Below, in pieces: positions 1 through 11,175 of a stretch of 64,000 nt of DNA. This stretch comes from an uncultured cyanobacterium. GTDB lineage: Bacteria > Cyanobacteriota > Cyanobacteriia > PCC-6307 > Cyanobiaceae. The translations under genes and the position numbers were made by a program. Each line of letters starts with the position of its first letter. Within the stretch, counting starts at the first letter, position 1. The notes beneath the pieces are model-generated. The model saw only the letters and a list, made by a program, of their open reading frames with translations, was not told the DNA's origin and made no database searches. The stretch lies in assembly GCA_963765575.1 (NCBI GenBank), contig CAVXWZ010000002.1:384001-448000 (forward strand), read 5' to 3'.

Positions 1-218
1 TCATTGCTGATCCAAGCAGCTTGATGATCTCGGTTAGACTCTTTCGTTGAGGCCTCTTGGCTCTAAACTCAATAGAATCTCCAAATCCAGTCCTCCATCA
101 ATTACTATCAACTGAACCACCCCAGGCAATCTCTTGCCCATTGATGGTCAGCATCCTGCTCTTAATGGCGGCTAAACTTGGCATCCATGAGATGCTTTTG
201 TCCAGACTTACCTATACA

Positions 219-232
219 GTTGTCAAGGTTCT
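219..232 (-). promoter_or_regulatory. boxA antitermination element in 16S-23S ITS
   Basis: Minus strand AGAACCTTGACAAC downstream of tRNA-Ala, matching the cyanobacterial ITS boxA. Confidence 0.8.
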
Positions 233-401
233 ACTGGCTTCTTCTCACCCCCTCGTGAAGGTGTGAATCCAGCATTCAAAATCTGCTCGTCATCACGTCC
301 TGTGATCACAGCATCAAGATCCTGAAGGCTGGAATCTGACCCAGTTCTTGCAATCCCGTCTCGTCACCCCCTCAGCTCCACTGCTCGGCTGGTTGTTTCG
401 C

Positions 402-433
402 GCTTGCCTGCTTGCTTGCCTGCTTGCTTGTCT
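402..433. repeat. 12-bp tandem repeat (GCTTGCCTGCTT x~2.7) in ITS
   Basis: Units at 402-413, 414-425 and a degenerate unit at 426-433. Confidence 0.8.
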
Positions 434-455
434 TGGCTCAGCGCTCCCGTTGGTA

Positions 456-528
456 TGGAGGTTAGCGGACTCGAACCGCTGACATCCTGCTTGCAAAGCA
501 GGCGCTCTACCAACTGAGCTAAACCCCC
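456..528 (-). tRNA. trnA: tRNA-Ala(TGC)
   Basis: GGGGGTTTAGCTCAGTTGGTAGAGCGCCTGCTTTGCAAGCAGG...GTTCGAGTCCGCTAACCTCCA; cloverleaf with TGC anticodon in ITS. Confidence 0.98.
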
Positions 529-537
529 AATCGCGAA

Positions 538-611
<74 letters not shown>

Positions 612-825
612 AGGAGCTCTTCCTCTATGGGGTGACCTAGACAAAGTTTAGGAACTGATCGTGATTCCTCCCCTCCAAACCTGATCCATCAAGTCCTGAT
701 CTCTCAAAACTCAATCGCTCAGACTTCTGGTTTGGTTCACGTCGAGGTACCGATCGACCTAAGGTGACAGGACACTGGCCTGAGATCATTTCTGCTCAGA
801 CATCAATGTCAGGTTTGTCTCCCTG

Positions 826-2308
<1,483 letters not shown>

Positions 2309-2981
2309 TGTAGATCAAACCCTCTTGATCAACTCCAACACTTGATTCACAATCTTGATGTCTCGCACATTCATGCAAGCAGCCAGCAATCAGTCAAAAT
2401 GCTGCAAACTAATGCCTCACCTCGTCCAATTAACTAACCCATCAAAACCATTGGTCATCTGCTAAAATTGTCTCAGCTTGACTTGCTCTCACCCCCCAGC
2501 TCTTGCTCTCGCAATCCTGAAAGTTGGAGCCTCCTTCCTCTGACAGAAGGGTTCTTAAGAGTGCACAACCCTTGGTAATACTTCGCCAACATCAACCGAT
2601 ACACGTCTTGAGCAGTCTGCTTTCGCACACTGCTCCTTCCGCCATCGCTCAGCCGCTCCGCTTCCCTCAAGTCATGACTTTCCCAGATCTCAGATCCGGT
2701 CGCGATCACAGACATCCGCTGCTCTCCAGTCGGTCTGATCTCCCCTGAGCTCGTCTCTGCCCGTTCACTTCCCGCAATCGGCAAGCCCACACACAGCAAC
2801 GCTCCCAAGGTCTCAGCTCTCGGCCCTCTCGGCCGCTTCTGTCTCGCTTGTTGCTTTTTGACGGGACCTCACACCTTCACAGCTTGCTTCTGTCACAGCC
2901 CCTTCCACCTCCACCAACCAACTTTCCCTTCCAGGGAAATCCAGCAGCTTCCGCTTCTAAAACCATGACGCCGTGAAAGCG

Positions 2982-3014
2982 TCAGTTCCTAAACTTCTTG
3001 GATTGTCCAGGTGC
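2982..3014 (-). promoter_or_regulatory. rRNA leader boxA plus 5' arm of the 16S processing stem
   Basis: Minus GCACCTGGACAA...AAGTTTAGGAACTGA; 2982-2996 is the reverse complement of 644-658 in the ITS. Confidence 0.75.
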
Positions 3015-3153
3015 TGCTGCTTCCGCCCTCAACCCTCAAGGAAAATCCCTGGATTCAACACCCAGTGATCTCTCCCCTCAGGCCTTCCGGCTCTCGGCAG
3101 CCCGTTGCTCCCTCCTGCTCTCCCTCTCGGGTGCTCTCGGTCGCAACTCAGAA

Positions 3154-3184
3154 AACCTACAACACCGGTCGCTCTCGCTACCAA
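3154..3184 (-). promoter_or_regulatory. candidate rrn P2 promoter
   Basis: TTGGTA-N19-TAGGTT; same -10 hexamer as P1 but a long spacer. Confidence 0.35.
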
Positions 3185-3305
3185 TCGCTCCAGGTCCTGC
3201 GCTCAGCTCCTGCCTCGCCAAGCAACCTCAGCTCTGTTCAGCGGCGCTCTCGCGTCCCCTCACCAGCCTCGCTTGCTTCGCTCGCTCTCGCTTGCGCAGC
3301 TCCAT

Positions 3306-3335
3306 AACCTAACCCCCTCACGCAGCTCATGTCAA
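3306..3335 (-). promoter_or_regulatory. candidate rrn P1 sigma70-type promoter
   Basis: TTGACA-N18-TAGGTT oriented toward 16S. Confidence 0.65.
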
Positions 3336-4127
3336 CAGCGCCTCACCCCAGGGCATGAACCTCGCCAGCGTCTCCTCGCGATCCGCTGTCAGCACTGGAA
3401 AATCCGCACTCGCGCAATCCGCTCCTGAGGCAAGAGACTCAGGGGAGATCTCCAGCCAGCGCAGGGGACAGTCCAGTTCGGTGAGCACCAGCCAGGCAGC
3501 GGCGAGGTCCCAGATCTTCGGCGTGGCCTCCAGTGCCGCCACGGTCTGCCCCATGGCCACGCTCACGAGGTTGAGGCTGGCCACACCAAGCAAGCGGATC
3601 TTGCCGGGAAAACGCCGATCCGGCAGTTTCTGCAGCACGCCGATGGAGCGGCTGCAGAGGGAGGCACAGCCGGAGGTGGCTTGCTGCCGGGACGGGGGCA
3701 ACAGCGGCTTGCCATTGCGCCAGGCGCCCAGGCCCCGCGCCGCCACGATGCGCTGCCGCAGGGGCGGCACATCCAGCACGGCCAGCACCGGCTTGCCGCC
3801 CTCGAAACGGGCCATGGAAATGGCCCAGTAGGGAATGCCGGCAGCGAAGTTGGTGGTGCCATCGAGGGGATCCACCACCCAGTACGCAGGGGTGTCAGGC
3901 ACGTGGCGATCGCCCTCCTCGCTGAGGACGCCCTCACCGGGGAACAGGCCCGCAAGACCCTGCACCAAGGTGGCGTCACTCCAGCGGTCACAGGCCGTGA
4001 TCAGGCTGCCATCGGGCTTGACATCGGAGACCACATGGCCGAAGTCCTGGCGCTGGCGGTCGCCAACGCGATCCAGCAGCGACCCCAGACCTGGGTGCAA
4101 GAAAGGTGATGCCGGGGCCGCTGTCAT
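3327..4127 (-). CDS. inositol monophosphatase family protein (SuhB-like)
   Basis: SEE, WVVDPLDGTTNF and WDLAAA motifs. Confidence 0.93.
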   Translation of the reverse strand: MTAAPASPFLHPGLGSLLDRVGDRQRQDFGHVVSDVKPDGSLITACDRWSDATLVQGLAGLFPGEGVLSEEGDRHVPDTPAYWVVDPLDGTTNFAAGIPYWAISMARFEGGKPVLAVLDVPPLRQRIVAARGLGAWRNGKPLLPPSRQQATSGCASLCSRSIGVLQKLPDRRFPGKIRLLGVASLNLVSVAMGQTVAALEATPKIWDLAAAWLVLTELDCPLRWLEISPESLASGADCASADFPVLTADREETLARFMPWGEALLT

Positions 4128-5572
4128 CCGATCTCCAGGGCAAGCACCCGACTGAGGCTGCGGCTCGTATCCTCCCGGAACTGGCGCAGATTGACGCGGT
4201 TCAGAAGCACCAGGGCCGCCGCAGCGACCAGCAGTTCGACAGTCAGCACCAGGGCATAGGCGGGGAACGGGTCGGTGCCACCGGTGAGCTGCAGCTGCAG
4301 GAAGCGGCCCAGATCCAGCAGCCCGCCACCGAAGACCTTGCCGAGGGCCCTGGAGAGGGCCTGGGCCAGCCCCCAGACGCCCACAAAGGTTCCTGCCGCT
4401 TCAGGCAGGGTGAGATCGAGCATCAGCACCAGGGCGCTGTTGGTGCCGACCCCTGCCGCCAGACCGAAAAGCACCATCACCACGCGCAACACACTCACCT
4501 CGCCCGTGACCCCCGAGAGCAGCAGCAGGGCGAGGCTGGCGATGATCAGTTGGCAGCCCAGGCGGGCGGTGGCGAACTTGCCAAGCCAGGGCACGATCCA
4601 GAGGCCGGCCACCAGCAGCCCCACCAGGGTGCCCACACCCCAGAGCGCATTCAGCGAGGCCGTGGCGGCGATGGACATGCCGAACACCTCAGCGCCGTAG
4701 CTCTCCAGCACAGGATCCTGCAGGAAGAGACCCAGGGTGAACAGCACCAGAAACAGGAAGAACACCAGCACCTGACGGCTGGAGGTGACAAGAGCCCAAC
4801 ACTGGCGCAGGGTGATGGCGTCATCGCGGGGCTCTGGCCCGGCAGCCCCAGGGCCCCCCGGGCGGGAGGCGGCGGTCGGCGCTGGCTGGCGTGGCCGTTC
4901 GATGCCGAGCGTGGCGATCACGGTGAGGAGCAGGATCACGCCCACCACCCGCACCATGAAGCTGAACAGGGCCGGCTCCAGCACCGCCGGATCGGTGACT
5001 CCATCCAGTTGCCCCAGGGCCAGGGTGATGGCGATGGCACCGGCAACGATGCCGACCGTGAGCAGACACCAGATGATGCCCACAGCCCGGGGCCGTTCCT
5101 GTTCGCTGGTGCGGTCAATCACCAGCGCCAGATAGGGCGTGGAGGCCATGGAGATGGCCAGGCCGTAGACGGCGAACAGACCACAGAGGGCAGCGATGGC
5201 CGCCAGCAGCGCCCCTCGCTCTCCACCATCCAGCAGGCTCCCCACCCGGAAGATCAGCGGCACCGAGAGCACGGCAAGGCCGCAGAAGACGATGGCGCCG
5301 AACCAGATGTAGGGAACCCGATGGTGACCTGCGAACGGGTGGCTGTCGGAGAGCTGACCGAACAGCACCCGGGCGGGGGCCACGAACTGCTCGCAGGCCA
5401 GGGCTGCCCCCACCAACAGGGCTGGGAAGCCCAGCTCGCTGATCATCACCCGATTCATCAGGCCGGCAAAGATCACCGCCAGACAGCCCAGACACCCCTG
5501 GAACAGCCCCAGCCTCAAGGTGCTGGGGAGGCCCAGCCGGTGGGCCGGGATGCCGGAGGACAGGACAGTCAT
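4124..5572 (-). CDS. BCD family (PucC-like) MFS transporter
   Basis: LRLGLFQ...NRVMI.EL, FGQLSD and QDPVLE.YG motifs; about 12 hydrophobic segments. Confidence 0.9.
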   Translation of the reverse strand: MTVLSSGIPAHRLGLPSTLRLGLFQGCLGCLAVIFAGLMNRVMISELGFPALLVGAALACEQFVAPARVLFGQLSDSHPFAGHHRVPYIWFGAIVFCGLAVLSVPLIFRVGSLLDGGERGALLAAIAALCGLFAVYGLAISMASTPYLALVIDRTSEQERPRAVGIIWCLLTVGIVAGAIAITLALGQLDGVTDPAVLEPALFSFMVRVVGVILLLTVIATLGIERPRQPAPTAASRPGGPGAAGPEPRDDAITLRQCWALVTSSRQVLVFFLFLVLFTLGLFLQDPVLESYGAEVFGMSIAATASLNALWGVGTLVGLLVAGLWIVPWLGKFATARLGCQLIIASLALLLLSGVTGEVSVLRVVMVLFGLAAGVGTNSALVLMLDLTLPEAAGTFVGVWGLAQALSRALGKVFGGGLLDLGRFLQLQLTGGTDPFPAYALVLTVELLVAAAALVLLNRVNLRQFREDTSRSLSRVLALEIG

Positions 5573-5584
5573 CGGCTCCGGGGA

Positions 5585-7306
5585 TCAGAGCAGGCCAGGG
5601 TTGGCAGCCTGACAGGCGGGCAACAGCGGGGCAGGTTCGACGGGGACGTTGGTATCGAGTGGAGGCTTCTCGGCCGGCAGGCTGCGCTCCGGGCAGCTGA
5701 CGATCACGTCCAGACCGGTGCGGCGGCGCAGCTCCGCCAGACGGATGTTGTAGTCGGTGACGGCGGTGGAGTAGCGCACTTCCGCCTGGGTGAGGTCACG
5801 CTGCTGGTCCACCACCTCCCGTTGGGTGGTGACTCCGGCCTGCAGCCGCAGGCGGGCGAGGCGCAGGGATTCGCGCGACTGGGTGACTTCGCGGGCCGTG
5901 GTGGCGATGTTGCGGTTGTTCTTCTCCAGCTCGTAGAAGCTCTCCTCCACCTGCTGGCGAATCGAATCGCGTCGCTCGGCAAAGCGAAAGCTGCTCTCCT
6001 GGGCACGCTGGCGGTTGCGCCGGGCCTCGGCGGCGGCGGCGCCGCCATCGAACAGGCGCCAGTTGAAATTCAGCCCCACGGTGGCGTCGAGGTTCCTGTT
6101 GGCGTCCACCCGGGTGTCCGTGGCTCCCGAGACATTGGCCCAGGCTGTGTCGAAACTGGCAAACACGTTCAGGAAGGGCTGGGCCTGGCCCAGGGCAGCG
6201 TTGGCCTGGCTGTTGGCGATCGAGATGTCGAGCAGGGTCTGGTCGAGTTCTTCGCGGAAGGCGAAAGCGGCCACGATGCTCTCCTGCAGGGACGGCTGCC
6301 ACATCCCCAGCACCCGCGGCGGGTCGGCAGCGGTGGGAGTGACATCCTGGGGCAGGTCCAGCAGCTCGGCCAGGACCCGGCGATTGATCGCCTGGGAAGC
6401 CAGCGCATTGGTGAGCAGCTGCTGGTCGCGCGCCAGCTGGGTTTCAGCTTCGAGCACATCCAGGCGGGTGGCCACCCCGGCCTGAAAACGCGCCCGGGTG
6501 TCGCGCAGGCTCACCAACGAGGCCCGAACGGATTCCTGGCCAATGCGCACCTGGTCGTCGGCCTGCTGGAGTCTGAAGTAGGCCTGATTGGCCTGGAGAC
6601 GGAGGTCCCGCAGGGCAATGATGTACTGGAACTTGGCGCTCTCAAACTGGTCGCGCGCGGCGGCGATGGAGGGCGTGCGGGTGGGGTCGATCAACGCCCA
6701 CTGGGCCAGCAGCGAGGCGGCCGCTCGCCAGCGCTGCTCGGTGTCGGTGGTGCTGGAGCCGTCGAAGAACTCCGTGCGGGTCTCCGAGGCGGTGAAGGCG
6801 GGCAGTGAGCCGGCGTTGAGATCAATGGTGGGGTACCAGCTGGCGATCTGGGCCCGGAGGCCGCTCTGGGCCTGATCCACCTGGGAGGCGATCGCCTTGA
6901 GGCTGGGATTGTTGACCTCAACCAGGGTTTCCACCTGGTTGCGCGTGAGCGGGCGCAGCTCGCGGATCTGCACCTGCCCAGGGCGCGTCGGCAGGGCGAG
7001 GGAATCGGGAGCGGGAAGATCGTTGAGTTCCCCACCCAGCTCCGTCGCTGCCGGTGCCACGAGCCGCGGGTTGGGCCGCGGTCGCTCGCCCTTGGCATCA
7101 ATCGCATTCGGCAGGGGGGACGGCCTGTAGTCAAACGGCCCTCCCGGATCGGGATCAGCCGCAGCAGCTGATTCCACGTCCTGGGAAACGGCGGATCGGG
7201 CCGCGGGAGTGGCCTCTTCGGCTGCGGCGACACCACCGCTCAGGGGCAGACCGAGCGCACCCAGAAGAACCAGTCGAAGAGCGGGATGCGTCACGCCGGG
7301 GTGCAC
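5585..7306 (-). CDS. TolC family outer membrane efflux protein
   Basis: Signal peptide and duplicated OEP repeats (ARFQAGVATRLDVLEAE / LRLQAGVTTQREVVD). Confidence 0.92.
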   Translation of the reverse strand: MHPGVTHPALRLVLLGALGLPLSGGVAAAEEATPAARSAVSQDVESAAAADPDPGGPFDYRPSPLPNAIDAKGERPRPNPRLVAPAATELGGELNDLPAPDSLALPTRPGQVQIRELRPLTRNQVETLVEVNNPSLKAIASQVDQAQSGLRAQIASWYPTIDLNAGSLPAFTASETRTEFFDGSSTTDTEQRWRAAASLLAQWALIDPTRTPSIAAARDQFESAKFQYIIALRDLRLQANQAYFRLQQADDQVRIGQESVRASLVSLRDTRARFQAGVATRLDVLEAETQLARDQQLLTNALASQAINRRVLAELLDLPQDVTPTAADPPRVLGMWQPSLQESIVAAFAFREELDQTLLDISIANSQANAALGQAQPFLNVFASFDTAWANVSGATDTRVDANRNLDATVGLNFNWRLFDGGAAAAEARRNRQRAQESSFRFAERRDSIRQQVEESFYELEKNNRNIATTAREVTQSRESLRLARLRLQAGVTTQREVVDQQRDLTQAEVRYSTAVTDYNIRLAELRRRTGLDVIVSCPERSLPAEKPPLDTNVPVEPAPLLPACQAANPGLL

Positions 7307-7320
7307 GGTACGTCGGGAGT

Positions 7321-8724
7321 TTAAGAATCCTGGCCTCTTGCCCCGGTGCAGGCGGCCACTAGGTCAGCTGCGCCCTGCACCAGATCCACCGGCACCGGCA
7401 GCCTGGCTTCCAGGTCCTCGAGCCGCAGGTCATCGAGAAACACCGCTTCACCCTGCCGCAGCATCACCGACGGCAACAGCAGGCGTTCGCCCAGATCGCG
7501 CTCCCTGAGGCCGCTGAGCAGGTCGGAGCCGGTGAGCAATCCCGTCACCACCTGCTCCTGCCCCCAGTAGGGACTGGGCAGGCCATGGAGCAGCAACTCC
7601 AGGCCCTGCACCCGGTTGAGGCGATCCACCACGGGCTTGAGGGCCTCCGCCACCAGGGCCCCCACCACCCAGCTGAGTCGGCGCGGCCGCTGCAGCCCGG
7701 CGGGCAGGGAGCGGGTGGCCTGGTCAAGGTCCTCCAGGAAGGCGCGGATGCTGCCGACGCCATTTTCCTGTTGCGGCAAGTCCTCGTACTGGTGCCGGGG
7801 GGGGAGCGGCAGACCCGCCAGCAGGTACCACTCATCAGACAGCCAGGCGAAGCGACTGCCAAGGCGCTGGTGGAACTGATCCTGAAGCGGCTCCACCTGG
7901 GCGATCACCCGACGCGCGCAGGCCTGGTCCACCGGCACCAGGGAATCGGCGCTGGGCCGGAAGCGCGTCAGGCCCACCGGCACAACGGCGGCCGAGAGCA
8001 CCGCCGGCCATGCGCCCCGCGCGAACGTCGCCAGGTCGGTGAGGGTGCGCTCCAGGGCCGGACCATCGTTGAGGCCGGGGCACACCACCACCTGGGCGTG
8101 GATCTGCAGATCGCGCTCGGCAAACCAGGCGAGCTGGTCGAGCAGCCGCCCCGCCCGCGGATTCACCAGCAGCCGGCTGCGCAGCTCGGGGTCGGTGGCA
8201 TGCACCGACACATACAGGGGGGAGAGGCGCTGCTGCTCGATCCGCTGCCAGTCAGCCTCACTGAGGTTGGTGAGGGTGAGGTAGGAGCCGTAGAGAAAGC
8301 TGAGGCGGTAGTCGTCGTCCTTGAGGTAGAGGCTGCGGCGACGGCCGGGCGGCTGCTGGTCGATGAAGCAGAAGGGACAGGCGTTGTTGCACTGGCGCAG
8401 ACCATCAAAGAGGGCCTCGGTGAAGTCAAGCCCGAGGCTCTGATCGGGATCCTTCTCCAGCTCGATGGTGTGGCGGCTGCCGTCGGGGTCCTCCACCTCC
8501 AGCACCAACTCCTCATCGCCCACCAGCAGCTGCAGATCGATCAGGTCGCGGGGGCGCTGGCCATTGACGGCGAGCAAGCGGTCGCCGGGCTGAAAGCCAA
8601 GCTCGGCGCCAATCGAGCCAGGCTCCACACGGGCCACGACGGCGGGCTGGGGCAGTCGGGCGGAGACCTGGCCGGCCTGGGCCTCGGCGGCCACCGCAAT
8701 GCCGCTGGAGGGTTCGTTCCACAT
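7321..8724 (-). CDS. PDZ-containing radical SAM-like Fe-S protein (TIGR03279/DUF512 type)
   Basis: N-terminal PDZ-like region, CNNACPFC, KDDDYRLSFLYGSY, QQENGVG. Confidence 0.9.
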   Translation of the reverse strand: MWNEPSSGIAVAAEAQAGQVSARLPQPAVVARVEPGSIGAELGFQPGDRLLAVNGQRPRDLIDLQLLVGDEELVLEVEDPDGSRHTIELEKDPDQSLGLDFTEALFDGLRQCNNACPFCFIDQQPPGRRRSLYLKDDDYRLSFLYGSYLTLTNLSEADWQRIEQQRLSPLYVSVHATDPELRSRLLVNPRAGRLLDQLAWFAERDLQIHAQVVVCPGLNDGPALERTLTDLATFARGAWPAVLSAAVVPVGLTRFRPSADSLVPVDQACARRVIAQVEPLQDQFHQRLGSRFAWLSDEWYLLAGLPLPPRHQYEDLPQQENGVGSIRAFLEDLDQATRSLPAGLQRPRRLSWVVGALVAEALKPVVDRLNRVQGLELLLHGLPSPYWGQEQVVTGLLTGSDLLSGLRERDLGERLLLPSVMLRQGEAVFLDDLRLEDLEARLPVPVDLVQGAADLVAACTGARGQDS

Positions 8725-8752
8725 GGCTGGGGAGCGGGCCGGGGGGCAGGCA

Positions 8753-9721
8753 CTACAGACCCACTGTGCCGCGCACCCAGAGCAGGATGACGACCCCGAA
8801 AGCCAGGCGGTAGGCCACGAACACCCAGGTGCTGTGGTGCTGCAGGAAGCGCAGCAGCCAGGCGATCGACAGCCACGAGACCACGGCGGAGACCACGATC
8901 CCCAGCAGCATGGGCAGGGCGCCGATCGCGGCCATGTCGCCGCCGCTGGGGCCTGGGCTGGCTGGGCCAGAGAAGACTGACTTCAGCTCCACCACCCCGG
9001 CGAGGGTGATGGCGGGGATTCCCATCAGAAACGAGAAGCGGGCCGCCGACGGGCGCTCCCAGCCGTCGAACAGGGAGGCGGTGAGGGTGCTGCCGGCGCG
9101 GGACACCCCGGGAATCACCGCCAGGGCTTGAGCCAGGCCCACGATCCAGCCGTCGCGGACGCGCACGTCCTCGAGTCGGCGCCGGCGGCGGCCCACCAGC
9201 TCAGCGAATCCGAGCAACAGGGCCATCACGATCGAGACGATCGCCACGGCGGGCAGGCTGCGCAGCGGGGAGTTGTCGTAATCGGGAACCCAGAGCTTGA
9301 TCGCCATCCCCACCAGCACGATCGGCATGGTGCCGGCGGCGATGGCGATCCCCATGCGGGCATCGGCGGAGCCCCAGCGCCCCTCACGCAGGGCCCGGCT
9401 GACGCCCCTGAGCACCTGGGCCAGGTCGCGCCAGAAGTAGGCCACGATCGCGGCGATGCTGCCCAGCTGGATCACGGCGATCACCGACACCCCCGGATCC
9501 CCCCAACCCAGCAGCATCGGCACCACCTGCACGTGGGCAGTGCTGCTGATCGGCAGGAATTCCGTCAGGCCCTGCACCGCCCCCAGCACCAGCGCCCGCA
9601 GACAGGCCTGGGCGAGGCCGAGCTGGGCCGCAGCCTCAAGCTCACCGCCGCTGAGCCCGGTGTCGCTGGCGGCCGCAGCCAGCGGCGCGACGAAGACCCA
9701 GAGGGGGGGCAGCCAGTCCAT
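8753..9721 (-). CDS. uppP: undecaprenyl-diphosphate phosphatase
   Basis: VQGLTEFLPISSTAH, PGVSRAG and AARFSFL motifs; start uncertain. Confidence 0.93.
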   Translation of the reverse strand: MDWLPPLWVFVAPLAAAASDTGLSGGELEAAAQLGLAQACLRALVLGAVQGLTEFLPISSTAHVQVVPMLLGWGDPGVSVIAVIQLGSIAAIVAYFWRDLAQVLRGVSRALREGRWGSADARMGIAIAAGTMPIVLVGMAIKLWVPDYDNSPLRSLPAVAIVSIVMALLLGFAELVGRRRRRLEDVRVRDGWIVGLAQALAVIPGVSRAGSTLTASLFDGWERPSAARFSFLMGIPAITLAGVVELKSVFSGPASPGPSGGDMAAIGALPMLLGIVVSAVVSWLSIAWLLRFLQHHSTWVFVAYRLAFGVVILLWVRGTVGL

Positions 9722-9803
9722 GGAGAACCGCAAGGGATGTGGACCCTATGGCGGAGCCGCACCGGGCACACATTAAGGTTGGACAACTTTCTTCACAGAC
9801 CGG

Positions 9804-10526
9804 GTGATCGCTGCCACTCCCAGCACAGCGAGCGGGACGCTGCCTCGGTCCAGCGGCCTGGCCAGACCAGCTGGAGAGCTGGGCGCGCTACCGCTGCTCA
9901 GCGCCCTGCTGGTGACCCTGCCGGTCTTCATCCAGGCCCCCTGGGTGCGACAGGCCCCCGTCAGTGCGGCGGCCTTCACGGCCGTGCTGCTGGCGGCCGC
10001 GCTGCTGCTCGCCCACAGCGAAGGCCCGCGGCAGCGGCAGCTGGGGGAGCTGCTGGTGGGGTTCTGCGGCAGCTGGCTGGCGGGATCGCTGTTCTGGGGA
10101 TGGGCGCGACTGCATCCGGTGTGCCACCTGCCCTTGGAGGCCTTCGCCCTGCCCCTGGCGCTGGCCGGTCTTGGCAGTCGCTGGCGCCTGGCCTGTGGCT
10201 TCTACCTGGGCTCCCTGCTGGGCACCGCCGCCACCGACGCCGCCATCGGCCTCACGGGCCTGATGCCGCTCTGGCCCCAGGCCCTCGCCGCATCCCCCGA
10301 GCAGGCCGGCGAGCTGCTGGTGCTGGGCGCGGCAGCAGTGCTGCGGCCCGGCTCACTGCTGGTGGTGAGCGTGCTGGGGGCCACCCTGCTCCAACTCAGC
10401 CGCTGGTGCTGGCGCCGGGGCCCCGCCGGGCGGGTGGCCGGTGCGGCACTGGCCACCACCCTGGCCGTGGATGGTCTGTTCGTGGCGCTGTCGCTGGTCG
10501 CCCCCCGGCTCAGCGGTCTGGTCTGA
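9804..10526 (+). CDS. DUF3120 family membrane protein
   Basis: PVFIQAPWVR, GSLFWGW, HLPLEA and FYL.SLLGTA.TD motifs. Confidence 0.8.
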   Translation: MIAATPSTASGTLPRSSGLARPAGELGALPLLSALLVTLPVFIQAPWVRQAPVSAAAFTAVLLAAALLLAHSEGPRQRQLGELLVGFCGSWLAGSLFWGWARLHPVCHLPLEAFALPLALAGLGSRWRLACGFYLGSLLGTAATDAAIGLTGLMPLWPQALAASPEQAGELLVLGAAAVLRPGSLLVVSVLGATLLQLSRWCWRRGPAGRVAGAALATTLAVDGLFVALSLVAPRLSGLV

Positions 10527-10678
10527 GCTGGCACACCTGAGCCTGGGCGCCTGAGCCGCCGCGTCTGAAGAAACACAAAGCGGCAGGCCTGGTTAAGCGG
10601 GCCTGATCCACCGGTTCGGTAACGTTGATCAAGGGTGGTCCATCCGCCCATCTCCCTTACCAATCAAGGACTGTCGCG

Positions 10679-11056
10679 ATGAAAAGGCTGGTTGCCTGGC
10701 TGATGAGTGGGGTGCTTCTGGTGGGTCTGCTGGTCGGCCTGACCCTGGCACCGTCCGCCCATGCAGCCGAGCTGCGCAACCGGGCCGATGACAAGATCGC
10801 CGAGCGCGGCAACAAGGTGGACCTGAACAACAGTTCGGTGCGCCGCTTCCAGGACTTCCCGGGGATGTACCCCACCCTGGCCGGCAAGATCGTGCTCGGC
10901 GGCCCCTACGAAAGCGTAGACGACGTGCTTGATCTGGATCTGACCGAGCGTCAGCGTGAATTGTTCAACAAGTACAAGGCCAACTTCACGGTGACGCCTG
11001 CTGAAATCGCCCTCAATGAGGGATTTGATCGCATCAACGACGGCCAGTACCGCTGA
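10679..11056 (+). CDS. psbU: photosystem II extrinsic protein PsbU
   Basis: Signal peptide; KVDLNN, PGMYPTLA, GGPY, DRINDGQYR. Confidence 0.97.
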   Translation: MKRLVAWLMSGVLLVGLLVGLTLAPSAHAAELRNRADDKIAERGNKVDLNNSSVRRFQDFPGMYPTLAGKIVLGGPYESVDDVLDLDLTERQRELFNKYKANFTVTPAEIALNEGFDRINDGQYR

Positions 11057-11113
11057 GGCGGGGCGCCGGGGTTGTCCTGAAGCCCCGCTCCTTACACTCA
11101 GCCCACCGTTGAC

Positions 11114-11141
11114 AGCCGTCGGGCAGGCCGGCGGCTTTTTT
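11114..11141 (+). terminator. rho-independent terminator after psbU
   Basis: AGCCGTCGG-GCAGG-CCGGCGGCT followed by a T run. Confidence 0.7.
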
Positions 11142-11175
11142 GCTGCCGGCTGCTGCCGGGATGCCTCCTGCAGCC

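Noticed and set aside
4106..6808. 900-aa plus-strand ORF and similar long antisense ORFs (e.g. 44184-46196, 50109-52187)
   Set aside because: Shadow ORFs opposite well-supported genes in high-GC DNA, with no recognisable motifs.
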